A DNA stretch of 64,000 nucleotides from a bacterium (GTDB taxonomy: Bacteria > Babelota > Babeliae > Babelales > Babelaceae). Below are positions 35,898 through 45,700 of the stretch, in pieces; within the stretch, counting starts at the first letter, position 1; each line of letters begins with the position of its first letter. The stretch lies in NCBI GenBank assembly GCA_023428375.1, contig JAEYYR010000002.1:302077-366076 (forward strand), given 5' to 3'. The notes beneath the pieces were generated by a model. The model searched no databases. It was not told where the DNA came from and saw nothing but the letters and a program-made list of their open reading frames with translations. Made by a program: the position numbers and the translations under genes.

Positions 35898-36437
35898 TTA
35901 TCTCAATATGCGTCTATAATGCGCTAATCTTGAGCGAAAAAAGGTTGTTAGCTCATTAAGCTTTTTAGTGGGTTGTCCATAGGGTGATCCTGGAAAAGAG
36001 GCCCACATTCTATTCAATTTCATAATCGCTTTTTCGGGATTATTGTTGAGAATATCGCCTAAAGCACCTTTGGTTTTAATAACTTCTAAAGCAGCGCGAT
36101 CCTGGTTTTTTGGGGTAAAATCCCGTGCATCGATGCTTAACGCCAAATCATCCCATGTACGTTCTAAAAAGTGATATCTTCCAGCAGCAGATGAACAAAG
36201 CTGCCTTCCGCGCGAAGGGGCTGCAATGACGATACGAGGATGGTCCTCAAAGCTATCAAACAAGTCGCCGCCAAAATGCATGCGATAGCCATCAGGTCCA
36301 TAAGTTCCCTCGGCATAGGCTATTACATCCAAAAATGCGCGCACAGCAGGATGATTAAGATAATATGAGGCGGTATCGCGTGTTAAAAGAGTGGTGCAGA
36401 ATAGAAGGGATATGCACCCGATGTGTCTCACTGTCAT
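35898..36437 (-). CDS. Hypothetical secreted protein; weak lysozyme-like (GH108-type EG..D..GG) resemblance
   Basis: Hydrophobic N-terminus. AYAEGTYGPDGYRMHFGG is reminiscent of the EGGY..D..GG block of GH108 muramidases. Weak, from memory only. Confidence 0.3.
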   Translation of the reverse strand: MTVRHIGCISLLFCTTLLTRDTASYYLNHPAVRAFLDVIAYAEGTYGPDGYRMHFGGDLFDSFEDHPRIVIAAPSRGRQLCSSAAGRYHFLERTWDDLALSIDARDFTPKNQDRAALEVIKTKGALGDILNNNPEKAIMKLNRMWASFPGSPYGQPTKKLNELTTFFRSRLAHYRRILR

Positions 36438-36508
36438 TATTTTTTCCTAGTGTGAGATGGTATTACATACACTAGTTTACTTAAAATAATTACAATAAGA
36501 AAAGAAAA

Positions 36509-37774
36509 TCACGAGACAAGCATCAATTCTTGCCACTTGGTCGTGAAGTTTGGACTTTTTTTAGCGCACTTGGGTTGCCACGATCGCGTGGTGCCGGCTG
36601 CGGCAAAGGTTACGGTGTGTCGACCCCAGGTTTTATTTACGGTATCTATGGTATGCATGACTACAGCTTGTTTAGGGTCGAGGGTATAGAGCAATGATTG
36701 TTGTTGTTCAACGTCCGGTAACAGCCCGCCTATGATAACTCCGGCATTGCGATATAAAACGCCGCTTTGAGCGATGAGTTTGAAGGCTTGATGCGCCTGG
36801 TGAATAAGGTCAGGCGTATAGGATGTTGGTTTGTTAAGCGCTATGCACGTACTGAGAGTGGATAATTTATATTCGGTAGGTGGGGTGACTTTGGTAAAGA
36901 CCACCATATATGAGGCAATCATGCCTTGCTTGCGTAATTTCTCACCAGCAACGCTGCTATGCCACGCTAATGCTTCTCGTACTTCTTGGAGGCTAGAAAT
37001 CGGTCTTCCAAACATACGAGAAACGGTGATTGATTGCTTGGGATCTGCTTCTGCTTGGAGCGTGATGCACGGAATGCCGCGTAATTCTTGTGCCGTTTTC
37101 AATCCGTTGATGGTACATAACTTTCTAATAATTGTGTCATCGCTTGTCTGAAAATCAAACGCGCTTTTAATGCCGTACGAATATAGTTTTTTACTATACC
37201 GATATCCAATGCCCCACACATCTTGTATAGGAGTATTTTTTAGCAAGGTAGCAAGATCTTGATACGTGGTGCTATCAAACACTCCGTTACATGACGCATG
37301 TTTCTTTGCATACTTGTTTGCGATTTTAGCTAATGTTTTTGTGTGCCCGATACCGATTGATATAGGAATTCCTACATTTTTTTTAACGAGTGCTTTCAAA
37401 AAATGCGCGTAGGCTTCATAGGAATTTGATTGTAATGGTTGTACTTGTAAAAACATTTCATCGATAGAATATACTTCATAATCAATAGCGTACGGTTTTA
37501 TTGTCGCCATTACGCGAGCAGACATATCTGCATATAAGGTAAAATTTGAAGAAAGTGTGATGACGTTATTATCTTTAATTAAATCCTTATATTCAAACAC
37601 TGCAGCACCCATGGGAATGCCGAGAGCTTTTGCTTCTTGAGAGCGTGCAATAACACAGCCATCGTTGCTTGATAAAACGACGACCGGCTTGTTATGAAGG
37701 TGAGGATTAAATACTCGCTCACACGACACATAAAAATTATTGCAATCGATAAGAAGTATAGGATTTTTGTTCAT
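36509..37774 (-). CDS. umuC: Y-family DNA polymerase V catalytic subunit UmuC
   Basis: The N-terminus [41 protein letters not shown] closely parallels the E. coli UmuC N-terminus. Confidence 0.85.
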   Translation of the reverse strand: MNKNPILLIDCNNFYVSCERVFNPHLHNKPVVVLSSNDGCVIARSQEAKALGIPMGAAVFEYKDLIKDNNVITLSSNFTLYADMSARVMATIKPYAIDYEVYSIDEMFLQVQPLQSNSYEAYAHFLKALVKKNVGIPISIGIGHTKTLAKIANKYAKKHASCNGVFDSTTYQDLATLLKNTPIQDVWGIGYRYSKKLYSYGIKSAFDFQTSDDTIIRKLCTINGLKTAQELRGIPCITLQAEADPKQSITVSRMFGRPISSLQEVREALAWHSSVAGEKLRKQGMIASYMVVFTKVTPPTEYKLSTLSTCIALNKPTSYTPDLIHQAHQAFKLIAQSGVLYRNAGVIIGGLLPDVEQQQSLLYTLDPKQAVVMHTIDTVNKTWGRHTVTFAAAGTTRSWQPKCAKKSPNFTTKWQELMLVS

Positions 37775-37852
37775 TATAAGCGTACAATAGCGATAGAATT
37801 CATTGGTAGTTATTTTTAACTATATAACAAATAGAAAAATGGAGAAGAATTC

Positions 37853-38527
37853 ATGGTGTTATTTTTATGTATTATGCAGTTTAGTATGGTATATGGCGCT
37901 CGTGATCCAATCCTTTATTTTCCGGTCGACAAACAGCATGGACTTTCTGAGCATCATGTCCCAGGTGATTTACGCACCTTGCGTGATTACGATATTCCTA
38001 CCACGCGTGACACGATACAAGCACACGCTATCATCGTGCAGGATTTATCGGATATGTTTGATGCTGCATTAAATGATGGTATTTCACTGGCGGTAACCTC
38101 AGGCTATCGTTCATATGAAAGACAAAAAGAATTGTTTTCGTATTGGAAGCAAAAATGTAAAAAGCGCGGATTGTCTGACGCGGAAGCTGAATTAAAAACT
38201 AATGAATACTGTGCGTATCCTGGTCACAGTGAACATCAGTTAGGTACTGCATTAGATATTGTTGCAGCAGGACAAACATCGTTAAAAAGTTCTGACGAAA
38301 ATAATAAAGCTTGGCAATGGCTGCATGATAATTGTGAAAAGTATGGTTTTGTTTTGTCATATCCTGAAGGAAAAATAGAATTAACTGGCTATATGTACGA
38401 ACCGTGGCACTTTCGTTGGCTTGGCAAAAAATATGCGCGAAATCTGAAAAAGCAGAAATATAAAGCAAAAGATACTGCGATGACATCTACGCGTTATTTG
38501 CAAAAACTCTATGATCAGTGTCATTAG
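37853..38527 (+). CDS. vanY: D-alanyl-D-alanine carboxypeptidase (VanY / peptidase M15B)
   Basis: SGYRSYERQ, GHSEHQLGTALDI and EPWHFRW Zn-binding motifs. GGAG RBS. Convergent 4-nt overlap with the umuD stop. Confidence 0.85.
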   Translation: MVLFLCIMQFSMVYGARDPILYFPVDKQHGLSEHHVPGDLRTLRDYDIPTTRDTIQAHAIIVQDLSDMFDAALNDGISLAVTSGYRSYERQKELFSYWKQKCKKRGLSDAEAELKTNEYCAYPGHSEHQLGTALDIVAAGQTSLKSSDENNKAWQWLHDNCEKYGFVLSYPEGKIELTGYMYEPWHFRWLGKKYARNLKKQKYKAKDTAMTSTRYLQKLYDQCH

Positions 38528-38988
38528 ACTTTGTGCACAATATAGGTCACCACGCCCCATACTTCAAAATCCATATCTTGCGTGATCACGCGTGATTCGT
38601 ATGCAGGATTTTCTGGTGCAAGAATTATAGTATTTTTTTCAAATAATAAACGCTTGATCGTCATTTCATTTTCAATACGCGCAATGACAATACTGTTATG
38701 TATTGCAGTGCGTGAACGATCTACGACAGCTATATCATTATCATGAATACCGGCACCAATCATAGAATCACCTTTGACGCGTACAAAAAATGTAGCAGCT
38801 GGGTGTTCCACTACTAAATCATGCAAATTGAGTGATTGAGAAATATAATTTTCTGCGGGTGATGGAAATCCTGCCGCCACTCGTGCATCGATAAATGGCA
38901 CAACGGAAGCGTGTTCTGATGCGCAACTAAAAATTGATTTAATGGTGGAATAAGTATGACAAGTGCATACGATATGTGTGTAATTCAT
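38524..38988 (-). CDS. umuD: UmuD (LexA-like S24 self-cleaving peptidase)
   Basis: AAGFPSPAENY (Ala-Gly cleavage site), GDSMIGAGI (catalytic Ser) and VIARIENEMTIKRL (Lys) closely parallel E. coli UmuD. Confidence 0.85.
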   Translation of the reverse strand: MNYTHIVCTCHTYSTIKSIFSCASEHASVVPFIDARVAAGFPSPAENYISQSLNLHDLVVEHPAATFFVRVKGDSMIGAGIHDNDIAVVDRSRTAIHNSIVIARIENEMTIKRLLFEKNTIILAPENPAYESRVITQDMDFEVWGVVTYIVHKV

Positions 38989-39053
38989 ATTTTTACTATA
39001 ACACTATATAAAAAAATGTAACCGATTCTAGGAATGTTTAACTACGAAGACAT

Positions 39054-40190
39054 TTATTCTAGCGGTAATTTTAGTATTTTAATTTGAGTGGTGTCATTGA
39101 ATGCATCGCCATTTTTTTTCAATTCGCGTACTTCTTTATTGCAAAAATAACGATTCACTAATTGATTGAATGTTGAGATGCCTTGGAAATATTTGCCAAG
39201 TTCTGATCGATAAACACATCCATAGCCACTCTCGTAGCCGCGTGCTTGGATAATTTCATTGCGTTCAATATCGGCTATGAGAATAACATGTCCTGGTCGC
39301 CAAATTATATCTCCGATTTCAAGCGTATCTTTTTTTGATAATGGCTTGAGTGTTTTTTCCATCATCATCGAAGTTTTTGCGCATAGGGGAATGCCTATAA
39401 TTTGCGCAGCACGAATAATAAGTGATGAACAGTCAAAACCAATTAATGGTTTTTTGTTTGGTTCTGTTAATGCAAAGCTTGAACCACCCCAAACATAAGG
39501 AATACAGGTTTGCTGTTCTTCTGCATAATCTATCCAACTTTTAATAAGATCGATCATCGCGCGTCGTTGTAAATTTTTTGGAATGCTGCCCTCAATCAAT
39601 GCATGAGCTTTTGGAACATGTTCAATCTGCGCATGTTTATGATGCGGATGTCTCATGATAATACCGTAGGAATTTTCCGTATCGTGTTCTGGTTGCCGAA
39701 CAAAACGAGTGCCCACTGAATACATGCAATGTCCAACAGATGGTATCCATGGAAGTGTTAAAACTACGACATTCGAATCATACCAATGCGCTGTGCTTCT
39801 TGATAATGGTTGTGGAAATGATTGCTTTGTGTGTGGATTAACATGGTCTAGAAATAATAATGATTTCTTAGGAATCCAAAAATGATTTTTGTAAAAATCA
39901 TTCGGTTCAATATCATAAAATAGGTGTTCTACTTCTATCATCGCTTCTTGCGTTGTTTCATGTAAGGTATTTACGACCGTATTAAAAAGCAGTTGACATG
40001 CCCGTGGTGTTGGGCGTGATTTGCTTGGTATATAATCTAATTTTTGATGGACGCTTTGTACGGAAGGACCGTACTTCAATGCGCTTATGGTGAACCCTTC
40101 AACGACGGGTTCGGTAATAACCGCGAGTCGTGCATGGAGTGAATGCACCACAAATAAAAATGCAATAATTAGCTTCACTACTCTCTGCAT
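39054..40190 (-). CDS. Secreted NlpC/P60 (C40) cell-wall peptidase
   Basis: Signal peptide. IPYVWGGSSF..GFDCSSLI (catalytic Cys) with a downstream His (RPGHVILIAD). Confidence 0.7.
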   Translation of the reverse strand: MQRVVKLIIAFLFVVHSLHARLAVITEPVVEGFTISALKYGPSVQSVHQKLDYIPSKSRPTPRACQLLFNTVVNTLHETTQEAMIEVEHLFYDIEPNDFYKNHFWIPKKSLLFLDHVNPHTKQSFPQPLSRSTAHWYDSNVVVLTLPWIPSVGHCMYSVGTRFVRQPEHDTENSYGIIMRHPHHKHAQIEHVPKAHALIEGSIPKNLQRRAMIDLIKSWIDYAEEQQTCIPYVWGGSSFALTEPNKKPLIGFDCSSLIIRAAQIIGIPLCAKTSMMMEKTLKPLSKKDTLEIGDIIWRPGHVILIADIERNEIIQARGYESGYGCVYRSELGKYFQGISTFNQLVNRYFCNKEVRELKKNGDAFNDTTQIKILKLPLE

Positions 40191-40334
40191 GATTTATGAT
40201 CCTACATTACTTTTTATTATTCTTTATACCTTTAGAATATCGATTTGATAAGCCTAAAAACAAGTGGTTCTTGCCAATACTCTAGAAAAGTACGTCTTGG
40301 TCGCGTTATTTTTTTATTAATGAGTGGAGTGCGT

Positions 40335-40853
40335 ATGATTCACATAGTTTTATTATTAGGAGTAAGCATGGCTTTGCATACCAAGGATTTTATTTTAGAC
40401 TCTGAAGATTTCAAAGTGGGAGAGTCTATTGATGTACGATTTACGTGTGATGGACAAAATGTACCACCCCGTTTGAACTGGTATTATAATGTTCCAACCA
40501 ATGCTGAAACATTTGCGTTAATATGTGAGGATCCCGATGCGCCTGCAGGCACATGGGTTCATTGGGTCGTGTATAACATTCCGTTTGAACGAAGCACGCT
40601 TGATCATATTGGAGATAGGTCAGAGAAATTATTGGATGGTACCATGCAAGGAAAAAATTCATCATCAAATATCGGTTATGATGGACCTTGTCCACCACAA
40701 GGTCATGGACAACATCGTTATTATTTTAAATTATATGCACTTGATACTACGTTGAAATTAAAGCCTGGAGCAACTAAAGAAGAATTAGAGCAAGCAATGA
40801 AGGGACGTGTATTAGCAGTAGCAGAATTGATTGGTGTTTATGAAAGAAAATAA
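40335..40853 (+). CDS. PEBP-family protein (YbhB/YbcL-like), likely periplasmic
   Basis: FALICEDPDAPAG..WVHWVVYNIP and GYDGPCPPQGHGQHRYYFKLYALD are PEBP signatures. GGAG RBS and a signal-like MIHIVLLLGVSMA at the ATG at 40335 (the track ORF begins at 40245). Confidence 0.8.
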   Translation: MIHIVLLLGVSMALHTKDFILDSEDFKVGESIDVRFTCDGQNVPPRLNWYYNVPTNAETFALICEDPDAPAGTWVHWVVYNIPFERSTLDHIGDRSEKLLDGTMQGKNSSSNIGYDGPCPPQGHGQHRYYFKLYALDTTLKLKPGATKEELEQAMKGRVLAVAELIGVYERK

Positions 40854-40871
40854 GAAATTATTTCTATGAAT

Positions 40872-40907
40872 GAGAAAAGGGGCATTTTACATGCCCCTTT
40901 ATTTTTT
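40872..40907. terminator. Bidirectional rho-independent terminator
   Basis: GGGGCAT-tttac-ATGCCCC hairpin with an A-run upstream and a T-run downstream. Sits between the convergent PEBP and EEP genes. Confidence 0.7.
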
Positions 40908-41850
40908 AGTTAACTTTGAAGTCGATCATTACTGGTAAATGATCACTAATAATTTTGCCTTTTTTTGGAGACAAAATACATTGGGTTAATACTTGAATTT
41001 TCGATGGATCATGTACGGTAATGAAATCAATTTTTTTGTGACCGGCTGTCCACTCTTTTGTTAAAGCAGTATACGTTGGCCCATATTTCTTTTCCGCAAG
41101 CTCTGCAGTATCTACCACTGGGTAGGCTGGATTTCTAATAACTTTTCCTAATGATGATTCAGGATCTAATGAAAGATCATTAAAGTCTCCTGTTAAGAAT
41201 GCGATTTCGTTATCTTTCACTTTTTTCATCATTTCTGCAAGAATTAATGCCAATCCTTTTTCTCGAGCTTCTTTTGATTTAACGGCTAAATGAGTGTTAA
41301 ACATCCAAAAAATTTGTTTTGTATTTTTATCTTGCAATTTGATCCATGAACATATGCGGTTATAAGGCTCTCCCCATCCTTGTTTATTTTCTTTTTTATC
41401 TTTATTGAGCCAAAAGGTACCATGATCTAATTTTTTAAACTTATCTTTTCGATAAAAAATTGAGCTATGTTCACCTTCAACATTTATTACATCGCTGAGA
41501 GGAATATTAACTTTAATTTTGCCGATTTTTACTTTTTGATCCTTCACGCCTTCTTTTCTGCCGCGACCGATCCATGAATAATTATTTTTAATGAATGGAC
41601 TATCGAGCAAGCTGTCAATTTGTTTTCTATAAGCTTCTTGTACGCCAAAAAAATCTGGTTCTGTGTCTTCAAGTAGCGAACGGATGTTGTTAACACGTGC
41701 TGGCCAGAGACGTGCGCTTGCATCTTCTTTTCCCATACGTCGAAGATTAAAGGTCATAATGCGGTATGCGCCTTCGATACGCGGGCAATTTTCATTATAA
41801 ACGTCTGCAAGAAGTTGTAGGCAGCTTAAGAATACTATTAATCGTTTCAT
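40906..41850 (-). CDS. Secreted endonuclease/exonuclease/phosphatase (EEP) family protein
   Basis: Signal peptide MKRLIVFLSCLQLLADVYN. The C-terminal SDHLPVMIDF and internal FNTH/GDFN blocks are characteristic of the EEP fold. Confidence 0.7.
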   Translation of the reverse strand: MKRLIVFLSCLQLLADVYNENCPRIEGAYRIMTFNLRRMGKEDASARLWPARVNNIRSLLEDTEPDFFGVQEAYRKQIDSLLDSPFIKNNYSWIGRGRKEGVKDQKVKIGKIKVNIPLSDVINVEGEHSSIFYRKDKFKKLDHGTFWLNKDKKENKQGWGEPYNRICSWIKLQDKNTKQIFWMFNTHLAVKSKEAREKGLALILAEMMKKVKDNEIAFLTGDFNDLSLDPESSLGKVIRNPAYPVVDTAELAEKKYGPTYTALTKEWTAGHKKIDFITVHDPSKIQVLTQCILSPKKGKIISDHLPVMIDFKVN

Positions 41851-42090
41851 AAATATGTCCCCTTTTTTATCAAGATAGCGGTTTGTTTACTAGATAAACA
41901 ATATTTGTTTGCTAATCGTATATTGTCGCATCGAGTCTGATGTTAGCGATTGCGCTATCGGGATTGTAAATTTACTAATAGCTATAAATAGTGATGTTTA
42001 TGTAGTTTTCAAGTTTGACAAATAGAAACATTTAAAATACTTTTAATCTAATAATAAATGTAGTTGTAAATATAAATTTAGGGGCGAGTC

Positions 42091-45000
42091 ATGGCTTATA
42101 AAAGCTTTACTCTTACGTATTTTATGGCATTTTTTTTGCTCGCCAATGCTTTTGGACACATGGATCCAAATTGGTGCGGTAATAAACATGCAAATCTTGT
42201 TAAGCTTCAAACAATTGTTCAATCTACATCAGATGTAGAAGTACCACCATTTATTGGTATTTCAACGGGACGAGTGGAAGCATTTTTACGTAAACATAGC
42301 CCACAAATATTTAAAAAATATGCTTTTGTAGTAAACAGACTTACTGGTAAAAAAACGTCATTAAGTAAGATCATGAACGCCATGACTGGTTTGAATAATC
42401 TTTCTAATGAAGATATTTTACAGCAAATACAAGGTGAGATAAGAAGTTGTTTTTATAACCATATGTTTGATTTTACTGATGAAGAATCTTCGACCTATGC
42501 AAAATGGACAGCAGAAAATCAATTTTGCATGGTGCGAAGTACCGGTGTTGAAGATAGTCAGACCGTAGCCAATGCCGGCGGTAATCTGAGCTTAGCGTAT
42601 GTTAAACCAGATTATTACTTCATTAATAATGCTATGGGGGAAGTTATTGCCTCATATTTTGGCATGCAATCCTTAAAAAATCGCATAGCTGGCGGCGAAG
42701 AGCTCTCTGCAACTGATCTTTGTTTGCCAGTATTAATTCAGCTGTTAATTGGTGAAAATATTGGTGGTAGCTCAAATCCACAAGAAATTCCAGTATCGGG
42801 TGTGGCATTTACAACCAATCAAGGATTAAGTGCACCTAATTTTTCAATAGCAGAAATAAATGCTTCATATGGTCATGGTGAAGGTATCGTAGCCAATAAA
42901 GTTATTGCTGATCGATATTACGTAACCACATCAAAAATTGATAATTCGCTTTCAATATATCCCATGGTTTATCAAAAAGCATTTCGTTTAGTCCCTGGGC
43001 GATACAATGATCATGGGCTTATATCAATAAAAAATCCTCATGCATTAATGAACAAAAGTGCGTTATCTGAATCCCAGATTACATCGTTGTACAAAGCACT
43101 GAAAACTATTGAGAATTCATACGGGCAACCAATGGATGTCGAATTCGTTGTGGTTGGTCCTAAGATTTATATTGTACAAGCACGTCCTGCTATGCGTCAT
43201 GTTGCTACACCGTCATACTTGAATTTTGAAAAACTTTCTGAACAAGATATTTCAACTCCATTACAAGTTATGACATTAGTACCTGGTAATGCCCAATTAC
43301 AAGTCATTACCAATCCACAAGATATTATTGTTGCTAATACGTTAGATGATGCTGATCAAATGCCTAATAATGCAAAGGCTAAAGCAGTTATTGTTCATGC
43401 ATGGGCATCATCATTATCTCATGCCGCCGTGAATTTCATTAGTCATGGTATTCCCTGCTTATATGCGCAAAATAAAACAGAATTATCACAATTAATCGCG
43501 GGTATTTCACCTCAAACGCCGTTAATTATAGATTCTCAACGGCGCCTTATTACTTTGTGGCAAGGTTCTAAAAACATTGAACAATGTACTATCAGTGGAT
43601 GGTTTGAGCATCCTATAGATCGAGCGTATTCATGTATAGCGCAGGAACAATTAACTACAACAAATACAACTATTTCATTGCCTGTGGATGCACGGTTATT
43701 AACATTACTTGATAGATTTAAAAAGACGCAAAATGTCGTTGAACAAAAGAATATCATTGGTGAAATTGCTGAACGTGTGAATGGTCGACTTGCATTAACG
43801 AATCATCGTATAAAGCACTTACACTTAATAAACTCTGATATTCACAAAGCGCTACAAAAATTTAATATTACTTTTGATGGAATTATTGCTGAGCTATTAT
43901 TTGCAGTCGATCACACAGCAGATCATTTTGAAGTATTATTTTATCATAAAATGTTAGAAGCATTATTATTCCAAGAATCAAATAATCAATTGCTTGGTGC
44001 GTATACGTATTCCTATTTTTTGAATGATTTGTTTAGTTCTCAAACGTTATTTGCCATGATGAGGCAAGCCCATGCAAACAAAGAATTAAATACCTTAATT
44101 TCTTATGCAAAGAGTGCGCCAAATACAGGCATTGCCCAAAAATGGACATCATTTTTGCAGATGATTGAGCAATGCAAATTAACTGATGATCCTGCTCTTG
44201 AATCAGAAATTGCGCAGTTAAAAACCTTATTGGCTCAATATGAATCAAATAATTGTTTATCTCTTTGGTTTGCAACTGAATTTTATCAAGTAAGTAATTC
44301 GTTCAATCTTTCTTCTCAGGAAGAAGTACGTAAGGGGTTAAGTCAATTAGTTAAAGTATTTACGAAAGATTCATTGCAGTTTATGGCAATGTTGCAACAC
44401 CTTGCTCATACTATGCATACAATTTCGATGCAGCGTGGAAATAATTTTACTAAAGTAACAGCAATCGACGATGTGTGGAAGCAAATAAAAAACGAAATTG
44501 TTGCACCACTTCAATCTGCAGAATTCATTAATAGTTTTATGAATGCTCCATTAACCCTAAAAATTAACGCATGCCAAATAATGCATTCTGCTATTGATAT
44601 GATTGATACGACTATCAAAACAGTTAAAAGCAGTCATGGAATAGGGTGGAATGATCGTATTCATTATTTTAAAATTATGTTGATTGATTTTAATTTCCTA
44701 TGCTCATCATTCTTGATGCACATAATGCCTAGAGAAGCTTTACGTTATCATTTTGATTGGCCTTTATCGTCATATTTGACGCGAAAGAAATCACATCTCG
44801 ATACTATTCTTTTCAATAGTAATGATGAGAGTATGTTTCAACGATCATCAAATTTTTCAGTTAATGCTGCTATGTTAGGCAGTGCGACAGCGTTTGAAAG
44901 ACATTACCCTGAAACCGCAGAAGATATCTTTATGCTTATCCATCAAAATAGTTTGATGGCCGTAGCTGGTACCTATGCATCTTTGTTTACGCAGAGACCC

Positions 45001-45594
45001 CTAGATGAGCAAATTGTATTACCCGAATTGCTGAGGTCTGTTATGCGTTATTGTGAAACAGAGGAATGTATCAATATATTACAGGAACGAAATATACAGG
45101 CACCAGTGCGTATGGGGTTAAATTATACCCCCGAAATGATAGTATTGGCTTATAATATGTCTTTACGTAATCATAGTTCAACATTCCAAATAAAATATAA
45201 TCAAGCAACACAACAAGCCTCAATCGCGGTTCAATTTCTTGGCGAATCACGTGGTCGATGGGAGCAAATAGCATTGCTTGCAAACTTAAGCAAAGATATA
45301 AGTAACTTAGAGCTTTTAAATGAGGTTGTTCTTGATAAAAAAGCAGGTATCACTTCATGGGAATGGATTATTCATAATCAAAAAGAATTTGAACTGATTA
45401 TGAAATATCTTGGAGTATGTGGCACCTTATCATTTGAACGAAATATTAATATAGATGAACTGGCATCATTAGCTACTATTAAAAACTTTAAAAACGAAAT
45501 AAAGCGCATCATTGCAACATATCGTGACAACTATTCGCATCAATTAATTAATTACTTAATGATTGAATGTGATAATTTAGAATATTTAAATTAA
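42091..45594 (+). CDS. Large secreted protein: PEP-synthase/PPDK-like ATP-grasp and phosphohistidine domains fused to a ~700-aa uncharacterised C-terminal region
   Basis: Signal-like N-terminus. GNKHANLVKL (like GGKxAxLGE), MVRSTGVEDSQTVANAGGNLS (like VRSSATAEDLPxASFAGQ), KIYIVQARP (like LYILQxRP), and AWASSLSHAAVNFISHGIPC (like GGRTSHAAIIARELGIP swivel His). No PEP/pyruvate TIM-barrel motifs seen afterwards. Confidence 0.7.
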   Translation: MAYKSFTLTYFMAFFLLANAFGHMDPNWCGNKHANLVKLQTIVQSTSDVEVPPFIGISTGRVEAFLRKHSPQIFKKYAFVVNRLTGKKTSLSKIMNAMTGLNNLSNEDILQQIQGEIRSCFYNHMFDFTDEESSTYAKWTAENQFCMVRSTGVEDSQTVANAGGNLSLAYVKPDYYFINNAMGEVIASYFGMQSLKNRIAGGEELSATDLCLPVLIQLLIGENIGGSSNPQEIPVSGVAFTTNQGLSAPNFSIAEINASYGHGEGIVANKVIADRYYVTTSKIDNSLSIYPMVYQKAFRLVPGRYNDHGLISIKNPHALMNKSALSESQITSLYKALKTIENSYGQPMDVEFVVVGPKIYIVQARPAMRHVATPSYLNFEKLSEQDISTPLQVMTLVPGNAQLQVITNPQDIIVANTLDDADQMPNNAKAKAVIVHAWASSLSHAAVNFISHGIPCLYAQNKTELSQLIAGISPQTPLIIDSQRRLITLWQGSKNIEQCTISGWFEHPIDRAYSCIAQEQLTTTNTTISLPVDARLLTLLDRFKKTQNVVEQKNIIGEIAERVNGRLALTNHRIKHLHLINSDIHKALQKFNITFDGIIAELLFAVDHTADHFEVLFYHKMLEALLFQESNNQLLGAYTYSYFLNDLFSSQTLFAMMRQAHANKELNTLISYAKSAPNTGIAQKWTSFLQMIEQCKLTDDPALESEIAQLKTLLAQYESNNCLSLWFATEFYQVSNSFNLSSQEEVRKGLSQLVKVFTKDSLQFMAMLQHLAHTMHTISMQRGNNFTKVTAIDDVWKQIKNEIVAPLQSAEFINSFMNAPLTLKINACQIMHSAIDMIDTTIKTVKSSHGIGWNDRIHYFKIMLIDFNFLCSSFLMHIMPREALRYHFDWPLSSYLTRKKSHLDTILFNSNDESMFQRSSNFSVNAAMLGSATAFERHYPETAEDIFMLIHQNSLMAVAGTYASLFTQRPLDEQIVLPELLRSVMRYCETEECINILQERNIQAPVRMGLNYTPEMIVLAYNMSLRNHSSTFQIKYNQATQQASIAVQFLGESRGRWEQIALLANLSKDISNLELLNEVVLDKKAGITSWEWIIHNQKEFELIMKYLGVCGTLSFERNINIDELASLATIKNFKNEIKRIIATYRDNYSHQLINYLMIECDNLEYLN

Positions 45595-45608
45595 GTGAAT
45601 AAGAATTG

Positions 45609-45638
45609 AAAAGGGATCCGATCGGATCCCTTTTTTTA
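45609..45638 (+). terminator. Rho-independent terminator
   Basis: AAGGGATCC-gatc-GGATCCCTT hairpin plus a T7 run. Confidence 0.7.
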
Positions 45639-45700
45639 TTGCAACGTTTGTATATTTTAATAGTATCTTAGTTGAAGCCATTGTATGTGAAAAGGATGAT

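Noticed and set aside
38989-39053. LexA/SOS box upstream of umuD
   Set aside because: No CTGT-n8-ACAG or GAAC-n4-GTTC match could be found by eye. LexA motifs differ between phyla, so absence is not established; this is noted as a question in the umuDC finding.
45611-45632. GGATCCGATCGGATCC palindrome as a possible restriction-modification target or regulatory site
   Set aside because: It forms the stem of a canonical terminator hairpin followed by a T7 run directly after the large gene's stop codon. No R-M genes are nearby.
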